Assembly (NCBI RefSeq): GCF_988243305.1
Contig: NZ_OZ547136.1
DNA: 64,000 bases
Strand: one strand, 5' to 3'
Shown: positions 1 through 12,872 of the stretch, piece after piece
Layout: every line of letters starts with the position of its first letter
How positions within the stretch are numbered: the first letter of the stretch is position 1
The notes under the pieces: generated by a model
What the model saw: the letters and a program-made list of their open reading frames with translations, nothing else
What the model was told of the DNA's origin: nothing
Databases searched by the model: none
Program-made: the position numbers and the translations under genes

Positions 1-61
1 CAATATTGCTCGCCATAATATCCAGGCAGTGTCCCGTGAATAAAACGGAGTAAAAGTGGTA

Positions 62-3674
<3,613 letters not shown>

Positions 3675-3712
3675 TGCTTTGCGGGCCGACGAGAAATGTC
3701 GGCCCGCATTAT

Positions 3713-5956
3713 TCAGGCACTTTCGCGAATGGGTTCGATTTCATTCAGCGTATCAATTAACGGTTGCGGCTTACCAATAAGATAACCCTGCATATAATCG
3801 ATCCCCAAAGAGAGCACCGCCTCGCGGATCTCTTCGTTTTCAACGTACTCTGCCACTACCCGCATTTTCTTCATTCGCGCCAGGTGGCAAATCGACGCCA
3901 CTATCTGATAATCCAGACTATTTGACACAATATTGCGGATAAAACTGCCGTCAATTTTAAGCAGATCGGCATTCACATTTTTAAGCCGCGCATAGCTGGC
4001 GTAGCCGGTGCCGAAATCATCAATCGCAATCTGGCAGCCTAATTCCTGAAGATGCTGCAAGGTGATTTGCGCCTGCTTAACATTGGTCAGAGCATTACTT
4101 TCGGTGACTTCAAAAATAAGTTGCCACGCTTCAATCTGATATTTAGCCAGCAGCTGACTGACTTCAACGGGAAAACGAGCCTGACATACCGAGGTTGGCG
4201 ACAGATTAATGGCAAAACGGTGAGCGGGCATCTTCGCTCTGTTTTCAGCCATAAATTGCAGCGTATGTTCAATGACCCACATGTCGATACTCGACGATAA
4301 ACCAAATTCGTGCGCGACCGGCAAGAAGCTGTCGGGGCTGATCAGTTCATCATTCTCACCTTTCATACGCAGAAGAATTTCATGGTAGACATCGCCACGC
4401 ATACCGGTAATCGGCTGGGCCATCAGGAAAAAATGGTTGTGTTCCAGCGCCTGCTGTAGCCGATTCATCATCGCGACTTTATCTTTCAATTCGCGTTGCA
4501 AATACATTGCCCCGCGACGCTGCATATTTTCCGGGGCGTTGGTCACGATGGAAAGCTCGGCGACCGTATTTAGCTCTCCCAGCAGCAGGTAGATATGATT
4601 CACTGGCGAGCGCACATAGCAGTAACTGACGCCAATCTGCGGTTGCATCGGCATTCCATCCCAAAAGAAACGAAATTGCTTGAGATGGCTATCCAGTGCG
4701 GTAATGCGCTCCTGGTGCGATTCTGTATTCAGTCGCAGCGCGAGATCGTTACCCGAAAGCTGATAAACATCTTCACCCGGTTCCAGCAAGGGTGACAGCC
4801 AGTGAGAAAGTTTTTGCTTGTATTGAATCCGTAGCATGATGCCATAGTTCTTAACCAGCATTTCCATGCCAGGGATGCGTAAATAACAAAGCGCAGACCA
4901 GGGGGCATCACGCAACGCGCGATTCAGGGCGCGAACATTTGGCAGATGAACTACCGGGTCCACATACGCAAGCCGCTGAATGCGTCTGACTACCGCTCTC
5001 TGACGGGTTGCCAGTACAGCCATATAATTGACAATAAAAGAGAATACCAGATAACTGGAGGAGGTTATGGTCAGCTGCGTGGTATAGCCAGGATAAATGG
5101 GAATGTAATTTTGATAGCTGTGGATGCTGATCATCAACACGACCGCCCAGAGCAGCGAAATCAGCTTATAACCATAGCGCATCGCTCCCCACATCATCAG
5201 GGGCAGCAATAATGACAAGGTATAGTTGGTGCTAAAAATTGTGCTTTTTTCATTTAACGGCATGCATAACAGCAGCAGTAAAGCACCTAATGCCAGTAGC
5301 CAGAGTGCGAACTCTTTTTTGGTGACTTTGACATCAACCTGCTGTTTTAATTGCGAATAATAACTACGTAAATAAAACGGATTTCGCACTACACGAATGA
5401 TGAAGTAGCACAGCGGGACACCAATCAGATTGCCCACCAGTAAGGCCTGATAATTGATTAAGGTCCCGAGGTTAAAAGGCATGACGCCGACCAGATTTTC
5501 TCTGCTCGCCAGTAATCCTACAAACGCAGCAAACTGGAAAAGTATCAGAAACAGCGTTGCAGGAAACACAATCTGCCAGAATATACGCTGGGAAATTAAA
5601 CGGGTATCACCATGTGAAACGTTGTTACGCCGGGGAGTAAAGACCCTGTAACCGCCCCAACAGAGAATGATAATGATAATAAAATTAGCCGTTAATGAGA
5701 GCGTTTCGTAAAAACCCAGCTCTGCATATTTGCGGACAAAAATCCCTAAGGCGATCCCTGGCAATGCCGCCCAGCTGAAAAACATCATCATGCTGATCAT
5801 CAGAGCCAGAGGCAGATAAAAGAGAAAAACCTCACCGGAAGAAATATGCGCGAAAGTATTAATGTGGGCGAAAATGGGCAAGATTAAAGAAGGCAGGAAC
5901 AGCGGAAGCCCCCACCATTTATCACGTATTTTTATATAAGTTGCATTCAGTTTCAT
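3713..5956 (-). CDS. pdeF: c-di-GMP phosphodiesterase PdeF (YfgF): MASE1 membrane domain, degenerate GGDEF, EAL
   Basis: 747-aa ORF with a strongly hydrophobic N-terminal half and a C-terminal EAL-type region; position and length match E. coli YfgF. Confidence 0.9.
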   Translation of the reverse strand: MKLNATYIKIRDKWWGLPLFLPSLILPIFAHINTFAHISSGEVFLFYLPLALMISMMMFFSWAALPGIALGIFVRKYAELGFYETLSLTANFIIIIILCWGGYRVFTPRRNNVSHGDTRLISQRIFWQIVFPATLFLILFQFAAFVGLLASRENLVGVMPFNLGTLINYQALLVGNLIGVPLCYFIIRVVRNPFYLRSYYSQLKQQVDVKVTKKEFALWLLALGALLLLLCMPLNEKSTIFSTNYTLSLLLPLMMWGAMRYGYKLISLLWAVVLMISIHSYQNYIPIYPGYTTQLTITSSSYLVFSFIVNYMAVLATRQRAVVRRIQRLAYVDPVVHLPNVRALNRALRDAPWSALCYLRIPGMEMLVKNYGIMLRIQYKQKLSHWLSPLLEPGEDVYQLSGNDLALRLNTESHQERITALDSHLKQFRFFWDGMPMQPQIGVSYCYVRSPVNHIYLLLGELNTVAELSIVTNAPENMQRRGAMYLQRELKDKVAMMNRLQQALEHNHFFLMAQPITGMRGDVYHEILLRMKGENDELISPDSFLPVAHEFGLSSSIDMWVIEHTLQFMAENRAKMPAHRFAINLSPTSVCQARFPVEVSQLLAKYQIEAWQLIFEVTESNALTNVKQAQITLQHLQELGCQIAIDDFGTGYASYARLKNVNADLLKIDGSFIRNIVSNSLDYQIVASICHLARMKKMRVVAEYVENEEIREAVLSLGIDYMQGYLIGKPQPLIDTLNEIEPIRESA

Positions 5957-6307
5957 AGATGCTCAGCAGAATCCCCCACATCCTGAAGGAGGTGTATTCA
6001 GACAGGCATCCCACCTGACTTCGAATGATGATTATTCATCACTATAGAGAGCATTGATTCTAAGTGTCATATGAAAGTTCCAATTGATATATATCAAACA
6101 AAATAACCCTGATTAATGAATTATTACGTTTATCATGTTAATTCATCATTATTACATCATCATTGTAAATAATTAAATTAACTTCCATAACATTAAAATA
6201 TGTATCCACTGACGCTTTTTTACATAACGAAGAATTGACCATTTTGTCCTGTTGTGCCTTAATGTAAGTACCGTCCACTGCGTGGGACATACTTCAAGGA
6301 ACCTTTT

Positions 6308-6499
6308 GTGAGTCAGGCAACCAGTATGCGAAAACGACACCGATTTAACAGTCGCATGACCCGTATCGTACTGCTCATCAGCTTTATCTTCTTCTTTGGC
6401 CGTTTTATCTACTCGTCCGTCGGTGCATGGCAGCACCATCAGAGCAAAAAAGAAGCTCAGCAATCCACACTCTCCGTCGAATCACCGGTACAACGTTAG
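6308..6499 (+). CDS. yfgG: small membrane protein YfgG
   Basis: 63-aa ORF MSQATSMRKRHRFNSRMTRIVLLISFIFFFGRF with a single hydrophobic helix; conserved position between pdeF and yfgH. Confidence 0.8.
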   Translation: MSQATSMRKRHRFNSRMTRIVLLISFIFFFGRFIYSSVGAWQHHQSKKEAQQSTLSVESPVQR

Positions 6500-6809
6500 C
6501 GGTTACCTTCTCCACTTTTACAGAACATAACGGCACCTCGCTGTCGGATGCTTTTGCTCTTTGGGATTATCAAAGCGGCAGATATTCTTTCATCTTAAAT
6601 TTTACGTCTTTGTCCTGACTGATGTTTATCCTGTTTGGCTGCGAAATAAATATAAAATTAACACATATATTTTAATGATGTATTTTTATAAATTATTTCC
6701 CACATGAATTTTAATAAATTTAATCTATTCCTTTATACGCAATACATTTACTTTCCTCTTTTGATGATCTTAAATATCTTATTTTTCGTAATGTGTATAA
6801 CAAGGAATA

Positions 6810-7328
6810 GTGATGAAATTTAAAAAATGTCTTCTGCCTGTGGCAATGTTAGCGTCATTCACTCTGGCAGGATGCCAGTCAAATGCTGATGATCATGCCG
6901 CCGATGTTTATCAAACCGATCAACTGAATACCAAACAAGAAACTAAAACCGTTAATATTATTTCCATTCTTCCCGCAAAAGTTGCCGTAGACAACTCCCA
7001 AAATAAACGAAACGCACAAGCCTTCGGCGCGCTTATTGGTGCAGTCGCTGGCGGTGTTATTGGCCACAACGTCGGGTCTGGCAGCAATTCCGGAACGACG
7101 GCAGGTGCAGTTGGCGGCGGAGCTGTTGGCGCGGCAGCGGGTTCTATGGTGAATGATAAAACCTTAGTGGAAGGTGTTTCTCTAACGTATAAGGAAGGCA
7201 CCAAAGTGTATACCTCCACCCAGGTGGGTAAAGAGTGCCAGTTTACGACAGGTTTAGCCGTTGTTATTACCACGACGTATAACGAAACGCGTATTCAGCC
7301 AAATACCAAATGTCCTGAAAAGAGCTAA
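6810..7328 (+). CDS. yfgH: outer-membrane lipoprotein YfgH (glycine-zipper)
   Basis: 172-aa ORF with a lipoprotein signal and lipobox (LAGC); Gly/Ala-rich glycine-zipper stretch GALIGAVAGGVIGHNVG. Confidence 0.88.
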   Translation: MMKFKKCLLPVAMLASFTLAGCQSNADDHAADVYQTDQLNTKQETKTVNIISILPAKVAVDNSQNKRNAQAFGALIGAVAGGVIGHNVGSGSNSGTTAGAVGGGAVGAAAGSMVNDKTLVEGVSLTYKEGTKVYTSTQVGKECQFTTGLAVVITTTYNETRIQPNTKCPEKS

Positions 7329-7343
7329 TAATCAGGAGGAGTC

Positions 7344-7883
7344 ATGAAGAAAGTTTTTCTTTGCGCCATCTTAGCCTCCTTAAGCTATCCGGCTATCGCC
7401 TCATCATTGCAGGATCAACTCTCTGCTGTCGCAGAAGCGGAACAGCAAGGTAAAAATGAAGAGCAAAGGCAGCATGACGAATGGGTCGCGGAGCGCAACA
7501 GGGAAATCCAGCAAGAGAAGCAACGTCGCGCAAACGCCCAGGCCGCGGCTAATAAAAGAGCGGCAACGGCAGCGGCGAATAAGAAAGCTCGTCAGGATAA
7601 ACTGGACGCCGAAGCCTCTGCGGACAAAAAACGCGATCAAAGTTATGAAGATGAGCTACGCAGCTTAGAGATTCAGAAACAAAAACTGGCACTGGCGAAA
7701 GAAGAAGCCCGCGTTAAGCGAGAAAACGAATTTATCGATCAGGAACTGAAGCACAAAGCTGCGCAAACCGATGTGGTGCAATCTGAAGCTGACGCAAACA
7801 GAAATATGACTGAAGGCGGTCGCGATCTGATGAAAAGCGTGGGCAAAGCAGAAGAGAACAAATCGGACAGCTGGTTTAATTAA
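7344..7883 (+). CDS. yfgI: YfgI, coiled-coil periplasmic protein
   Basis: 179-aa ORF with signal peptide and an Ala/Gln/Lys/Glu-rich low-complexity region; RBS AGGAGG 6 bp upstream; 15 bp downstream of yfgH. Confidence 0.88.
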   Translation: MKKVFLCAILASLSYPAIASSLQDQLSAVAEAEQQGKNEEQRQHDEWVAERNREIQQEKQRRANAQAAANKRAATAAANKKARQDKLDAEASADKKRDQSYEDELRSLEIQKQKLALAKEEARVKRENEFIDQELKHKAAQTDVVQSEADANRNMTEGGRDLMKSVGKAEENKSDSWFN

Positions 7884-7921
7884 TCGATGTAAGTAACTTC
7901 AAGCCTATAATTCTTGAAGAT

Positions 7922-7954
7922 AAAAAACCCTCTGTAGTAACAGAGGGTTTTGTT
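7922..7954 (+). terminator. Rho-independent terminator downstream of yfgI
   Basis: Stem ccctctg(7928-7934)/cagaggg(7941-7947), 6-nt loop, followed by ttttgtt; an A-run precedes the stem, so it could act bidirectionally. Confidence 0.7.
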
Positions 7955-8210
7955 CATTCATAGTGCAGGGATCAAAATCATTCCCACTCAGCTATCAATG
8001 AGAAAATAAAATATAAATAAATCAATGCCTTGAAACAAACCACTTAGCAGATACCACGAAAAATACCATGTCTCAATAATAGAGCTGTCTACAGGCTGTT
8101 CAGACGAACAATATGGCCGCTCTACTCCTAATAGAGTCCTTAGCTCGGTCACATCACTAATTTCAACATAGATGTGAACAAAATGAGGCATCAACGCACC
8201 TATTCAGTTA

Positions 8211-9725
8211 GTGTATTTGATATCGTATGTGGCAACAAAAAATGGAGTTACAATCTTGAAAGTAAGCGAGTTATCTAGCCAAATTGGCCGACTTTACGGC
8301 TTAAACAACATCAACATAATTATGGGCCGAAACGGTGCGGGAAAAAGTCGTTTCCTTCGTGATATCGAACAAACAATCAGCCAGAACAAGCAGCAATTTT
8401 ATGTCCGGTATGTAAGTCCAGAGCGAGCAGGATCGTTCAAGCGTGATGGCACCGTCCTCACAAATATGAGCGACAACCCCGAATGGCTGAGGCACACTCG
8501 GGCAGTTAATCAGGCAAGCAACTTCAAAGCTGCATCGGCTATGCTATTTCGCGAGGCCGAGACGCTTTACTTACGTCGACTTGCCAATACTCCGGAAATT
8601 CGAACTGATCTAACGCGAAACTTTCAGACAGACCGATTAAGTAAAATTAATCAGCTTCTCACTAACATTTCGCTCGAGATGGGTAATGTCGATTATGAGT
8701 TTCGATCACTTGTAGATGGTCAGATTATTGATCCGGCCCAAATCAGTAGCGGTGAATCGGAAGCGGTTGCATTAGCCGCGGAAATCATCTATTTCTTCGA
8801 CACAATAGATCCGGAGAAATTCAACGTACTCCTCCTCGATGAGCCTGATGTACATCTGCACCCCGACCTCCAAGCTAGACTGGGCAAGCTGATAATCAGT
8901 ATGCTCGACGAATTTAGAACACACGCGAACAGTATTGCCATATGCTTATCCACCCATAGTTCCCCGCTCGTCTGTTCTCTTGCCGCCTCCCCATATGTAT
9001 CAATCGGCACGAAGAGCTTTGCAGTGAATGAAATCTCATTGATACCGGCCAGCGATGAACTTCGAAAGATTGCACCATTCTTCGGGCACCCCCTATCGCT
9101 TTCTCTTAGCGAAGACGCTGCATTAATTTTGGAAGGAGAGGACGACGAACGAGTCTGGCAACAAGCGGCCAGAACATCACAGGGTCGAATAAAAATCTTT
9201 CCCGTACTAGCAGGTAGCGTAGATCAACAGAGTCAACTTGAGGATTTTTGCGTAGACCTCCTTAGTACACTCTATGACAATCCAATCGCCTTTTCCCTTC
9301 GTGATGGCGATGGTGTAATCAACGAGTCGCTTGAACATCGCCTACCTCTTAAACGCTATCGCTTACGATGCTACGCTATCGAAAATGTTCTTTTGACTGA
9401 TTCATGCCTTGCAGTAATGAATGTTACATGGGTGGAATTTGTAGACGCAGCCAAAAAATGGGTTGAGGATAATCAAACACACTCCGACATAGCGTTGATT
9501 GCAGAACTAATGGAATCGAACGACCGATTGCGTCACAAGAAGATCAAGAAAATCCGCCAACTCGTCTGTGCTATTGTTGAGTGTAAAAAACCTTGGGAGG
9601 TAGTAGTTGGACAAGCAATCGGGGCATTGACCAGAGAAGACCTTGAAAACTCGAATATGTTGATCGATTTTCTTGGAGGAGAGATGGTCAGCGACGTCAT
9701 CTTCAGGGACGCAATAAACCCATGA
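8211..9725 (+). CDS. ABC-type ATPase (AAA_21/AAA_15-like) fused to a TOPRIM/DUF4435-like domain; OLD/PARIS/Gabija-like candidate defence nuclease
   Basis: 504-aa ORF. Walker A GRNGAGKS (8325-8348), ABC-signature-like ISSGESEAV (about 8742-8768), Walker B/D-loop VLLLDEPDVHLHPD (about 8836-8877), H-loop LSTHS. C-terminal region has ILEGEDDERVW (about 9125-9157), a DxD motif FSLRDGDGV (about 9291-9317) and YAIENVLL (about 9371-9394), consistent with an OLD-type TOPRIM/DUF4435 fold. The likely true start is the TTG at 8256, which has a GGAG Shine-Dalgarno 8 nt upstream; 8211 is an upstream in-frame GTG with no RBS. The locus is AT-rich. Confidence 0.6.
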   Translation: MYLISYVATKNGVTILKVSELSSQIGRLYGLNNINIIMGRNGAGKSRFLRDIEQTISQNKQQFYVRYVSPERAGSFKRDGTVLTNMSDNPEWLRHTRAVNQASNFKAASAMLFREAETLYLRRLANTPEIRTDLTRNFQTDRLSKINQLLTNISLEMGNVDYEFRSLVDGQIIDPAQISSGESEAVALAAEIIYFFDTIDPEKFNVLLLDEPDVHLHPDLQARLGKLIISMLDEFRTHANSIAICLSTHSSPLVCSLAASPYVSIGTKSFAVNEISLIPASDELRKIAPFFGHPLSLSLSEDAALILEGEDDERVWQQAARTSQGRIKIFPVLAGSVDQQSQLEDFCVDLLSTLYDNPIAFSLRDGDGVINESLEHRLPLKRYRLRCYAIENVLLTDSCLAVMNVTWVEFVDAAKKWVEDNQTHSDIALIAELMESNDRLRHKKIKKIRQLVCAIVECKKPWEVVVGQAIGALTREDLENSNMLIDFLGGEMVSDVIFRDAINP

Positions 9726-9740
9726 GAATGACCTGATACT

Positions 9741-10136
9741 ATGACCACGATTGATCCGCCCTCATGGTATCAGTATTTATTTTATAACCCGCCTCTCAAT
9801 ACACCAAGAGATTGCGGTAAAGTGGAGCAGCATGATTACCAGCTTTATCTGGCGATAAATGATATTGAGCATACGAAAACGAAAGCAATGTCATCTAAGA
9901 CCAATAGTATCTGCGAGCAGTTCCATAAAACGATACTGAACGAGTTTTATCAGGTGACGTTCCGCAAAAAGTTATATGATGATCTTGAAGCATTACAATC
10001 GGTTCTTGATGAATGGCGGGTTCACTATAATAATGAGCGAACCCATCAGGGAAAAATGTGCAGTGGCCGAACGCCGATGGAAACGTTACTTGATGGAAAG
10101 CACATCTGGGATGAGAAAAACTTAAGCCAGATGTAA
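9741..10136 (+). pseudogene. truncated DDE (rve/integrase-core) transposase remnant, 3' end only
   Basis: 131-aa ORF whose C-terminal ~85 aa (KTNSICEQFHKTILNEF...YNNERTHQG...GRTPME) match the C-terminal part of integrase-core DDE transposases (IS481/IS3-like), including the catalytic-E region. The N-terminal DD part is absent and the first ~50 aa look unrelated. It begins 16 bp after the ATPase stop. Confidence 0.55.
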
Positions 10137-10229
10137 TCTGACAGATACCTTTATAAATAGCCGGTAATTGTCAGATCAGGTCTGATCTTATACAACTTAA
10201 CTGTGTTATGAGCAATACTGAGGATAGAT

Positions 10230-11000
10230 ATGGAACCAGAGAAATTTGCTGAAACTGCAATAGGATTTACCAAAAGCCCTCTTGGTATCATTGCACTCTT
10301 TATTGTTCTCGTTTATGGATTTGCCTCTTTCGTCGTTGGCTTTGGTAATGGCTTATCAGAGCATATAGCTCCCCTTATTTATTTCATGGTTTTCTTTCCT
10401 GTCATTGTGTTTCTTGGCTTTCTCTGGCTTGTTGCGAAACATCATAATAAGCTTTACGGGCCGTCAGATTTCAAAGATGAAAATAATTTTTTAAGAGCGC
10501 AAATAGCTACAGCAGCATCATTGACCGCCGCCACAGCAAAACAGCCTGAAAATAGTGCAGGGGTCACTGAAAGCCAACTGCGAAAAATCGTCAACGTTGT
10601 ATCCAATGCAAAACGGCAGAGTAAGCATGAAAAATGGCGAAATCGTATTTTATGGGTGGATGATCGACCAGAAAATAATGTTTACGAAAGACAGGCATTT
10701 GAGGCACAGGGAATAGAGTTCGCTTTAGCTCTTTCAACTGACGAAGCCTTAGAATTGTTAAAAACAAATAAGTTTGCAGCTATTATTTCGGATATGGATC
10801 GCAAAGAAGGGGCGCAAGAAGGTTATGTCTTACTAGAAAGATTACGCGCAATGGGAGACAAAACTCCTTTTATGATCTATGCGTCCTCAGATCTACCAGA
10901 GCACAAGAAAATGGCGAGAGAAAGAGGTGCAATTGGCTCCACTAATCGAGCAGAAGAACTCTTTCAAATTGTCATGGGTGCGATTACCAATGGCTCATAA
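10230..11000 (+). CDS. membrane-anchored protein with C-terminal CheY-like receiver (REC)-like domain
   Basis: 256-aa ORF with SD GAGGA upstream. Two predicted TM helices (IIALFIVLVYGFASFVVGF; LIYFMVFFPVIVFLGFLWLV). The C-terminal ~120 aa follow a (beta-alpha)5 pattern with receiver-like acidic positions: ILWVDD at the end of beta1, AIISDMD at the end of beta3, FMIYASS at the end of beta4. The beta5 lysine is not obvious. Confidence 0.45.
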   Translation: MEPEKFAETAIGFTKSPLGIIALFIVLVYGFASFVVGFGNGLSEHIAPLIYFMVFFPVIVFLGFLWLVAKHHNKLYGPSDFKDENNFLRAQIATAASLTAATAKQPENSAGVTESQLRKIVNVVSNAKRQSKHEKWRNRILWVDDRPENNVYERQAFEAQGIEFALALSTDEALELLKTNKFAAIISDMDRKEGAQEGYVLLERLRAMGDKTPFMIYASSDLPEHKKMARERGAIGSTNRAEELFQIVMGAITNGS

Positions 11001-11214
11001 CAAAGCCATTAAATTCGCCCCCTACGGCTACGGTTGCCGGGCGCTCACAACGGCCAGTATCTCATTTGTCGATTTGATCGATCTCATTGTAAGCACTTCC
11101 GGCTAGACTATTTTGGAATACCGCCATTTTGTTGGTAATGGCTTTTATCTTTAGGCCATAGCCGATGTTATAGAGTTACGGCCTTAAAAATAGAAGTCAT
11201 ACACTCAATGAAAA

Positions 11215-11250
11215 ACCAATAAAAAATGCCAGTCAGCAAACTGACTGGCA
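11215..11250 (-). terminator. Rho-independent terminator downstream of guaA
   Basis: Inverted repeat tgccagtcag(11227-11236)/ctgactggca(11241-11250) with loop caaa; on the minus strand it is followed by a U-run (complement of the A-run 11211-11226). Confidence 0.7.
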
Positions 11251-11294
11251 TTAAAGTTAGTTGGAAAGGCTTAATTTACTATTTATAGCCAGTC

Positions 11295-12872
11295 CTACTC
11301 CCACTCAATGGTAGCTGGCGGCTTGCCGCTGATGTCATACACCACGCGGGAAATACCGTTCACTTCATTGATAATGCGGTTGGAAACGCGACCGAGGAAG
11401 TCATACGGCAGGTGCGCCCAGTGTGCGGTCATAAAGTCGATGGTTTCGACAGCACGCAGAGAAACAACCCAGTCATACTTACGACCATCGCCCATTACGC
11501 CAACAGAACGTACTGGCAGGAAGACGGTGAACGCCTGGCTGACTTTGTCGTACAGGTCCGCTTTACGCAGTTCTTCAATGAAGATGGCGTCAGCACGGCG
11601 CAGCAGGTCACAGTACTCTTTCTTCACTTCACCCAGAACACGAACGCCAAGGCCTGGTCCCGGGAACGGGTGACGGTACAGCATGTCGTACGGCAGGCCC
11701 AGCTCCAGACCAATCTTACGCACTTCGTCTTTGAACAGCTCTTTCAGCGGTTCAACCAGGCCCATCTTCATCTCTTTCGGCAGGCCGCCCACGTTGTGGT
11801 GAGATTTGATGACGTGTGCTTTACCGGTTGCAGAAGCAGCAGATTCGATAACGTCAGGGTAGATAGTGCCCTGCGCCAGCCACTTCACGTCTTCCAGTTT
11901 CAGCGCTTCTTCATCGAATACTTCAACGAAAACGCGCCCGATGATTTTACGTTTTGCTTCCGGATCATTTTCGCCAGCCAGCGCTGACAAGAAGCGATCT
12001 TCTGCCGGTACATGAACAATGTTCAGACCAAAGTGATCGCCAAACATATCCAGAACCTGCTCTGCTTCGTTGAGACGCAGCAGGCCGTTGTCGACGAATA
12101 CGCAAGTCAGGTTTTTACCGATAGCGCGGTGCAGCAGCATTGCAGTCACGGAGGAATCCACGCCACCAGAGAGGCCGAGGATCACTTTATCGTCGCCTAC
12201 CTGCTCGCGGATGCGAGCTACGGCGTCGTCGATAATTTTCGCTGGCGTCCACAGGGCTTCACACTGGCAGATATCACGCACAAAACGCTCCAGCATGCGC
12301 ATACCCTGGCGGGTGTGAGTCACTTCCGGATGGAACTGTACACCATAGAAGCGTTTTTCTTCGTTAGCCATAATGGCAAACGGGCAGCTTTCGGTGCTGG
12401 CTACGGTGACGAAGTCGGACGGGATAGCGGTAACTTTATCGCCGTGGCTCATCCAGACATCGAGCAGCGGTTTACCGTCTGCAGTCAGCGCATCTTCGAT
12501 ACCGCGAACCAGTGCGCTGTCGTTTACGACTTCAACCTGCGCGTAGCCAAATTCACGTTCGTTAGAGGCTTCAACGTGACCGCCCAACTGCATTGCCATG
12601 GTCTGCATGCCATAGCAAACGCCGAATACCGGTACGCCTGCTTCAAAGACATACTGCGGCGCACGCGGGCTGTTTTCTTCGGTGGTGCTTTCCGGGCCGC
12701 CGGAAAGAATAATGCCGCTTGGGTTGAAGTCACGAATTTGTGCTTCTGTCACATCCCACGCCCACAGTTCGCAGTAAACACCCAGTTCACGCACGCGGCG
12801 CGCAACCAGTTGAGTGTACTGAGAACCGAAGTCCAGAATGAGGATGCGATGCTTATGAATGTTTTCCGTCAT
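11295..12872 (-). CDS. guaA: GMP synthase (glutamine-hydrolysing)
   Basis: 525-aa ORF. N-terminus [36 protein letters not shown], class-I glutamine amidotransferase plus ATP-pyrophosphatase domain (SGGVDSSV), C-terminal PATIEWE. Confidence 0.97.
   Translation of the reverse strand: MTENIHKHRILILDFGSQYTQLVARRVRELGVYCELWAWDVTEAQIRDFNPSGIILSGGPESTTEENSPRAPQYVFEAGVPVFGVCYGMQTMAMQLGGHVEASNEREFGYAQVEVVNDSALVRGIEDALTADGKPLLDVWMSHGDKVTAIPSDFVTVASTESCPFAIMANEEKRFYGVQFHPEVTHTRQGMRMLERFVRDICQCEALWTPAKIIDDAVARIREQVGDDKVILGLSGGVDSSVTAMLLHRAIGKNLTCVFVDNGLLRLNEAEQVLDMFGDHFGLNIVHVPAEDRFLSALAGENDPEAKRKIIGRVFVEVFDEEALKLEDVKWLAQGTIYPDVIESAASATGKAHVIKSHHNVGGLPKEMKMGLVEPLKELFKDEVRKIGLELGLPYDMLYRHPFPGPGLGVRVLGEVKKEYCDLLRRADAIFIEELRKADLYDKVSQAFTVFLPVRSVGVMGDGRKYDWVVSLRAVETIDFMTAHWAHLPYDFLGRVSNRIINEVNGISRVVYDISGKPPATIEWE

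Noticed and set aside
7988-8194. 68-aa minus-strand ORF in the leader of the islet ATPase gene
   Set aside because: No RBS, AT-rich low-complexity sequence in the likely promoter region of the 8211/8256 gene; probably non-coding.
10879-11106. 75-aa plus-strand ORF overlapping the 3' end of the receiver-like gene
   Set aside because: Alternative-frame overlap with the 10230-11000 ORF, running into the guaA terminator region; no independent support.
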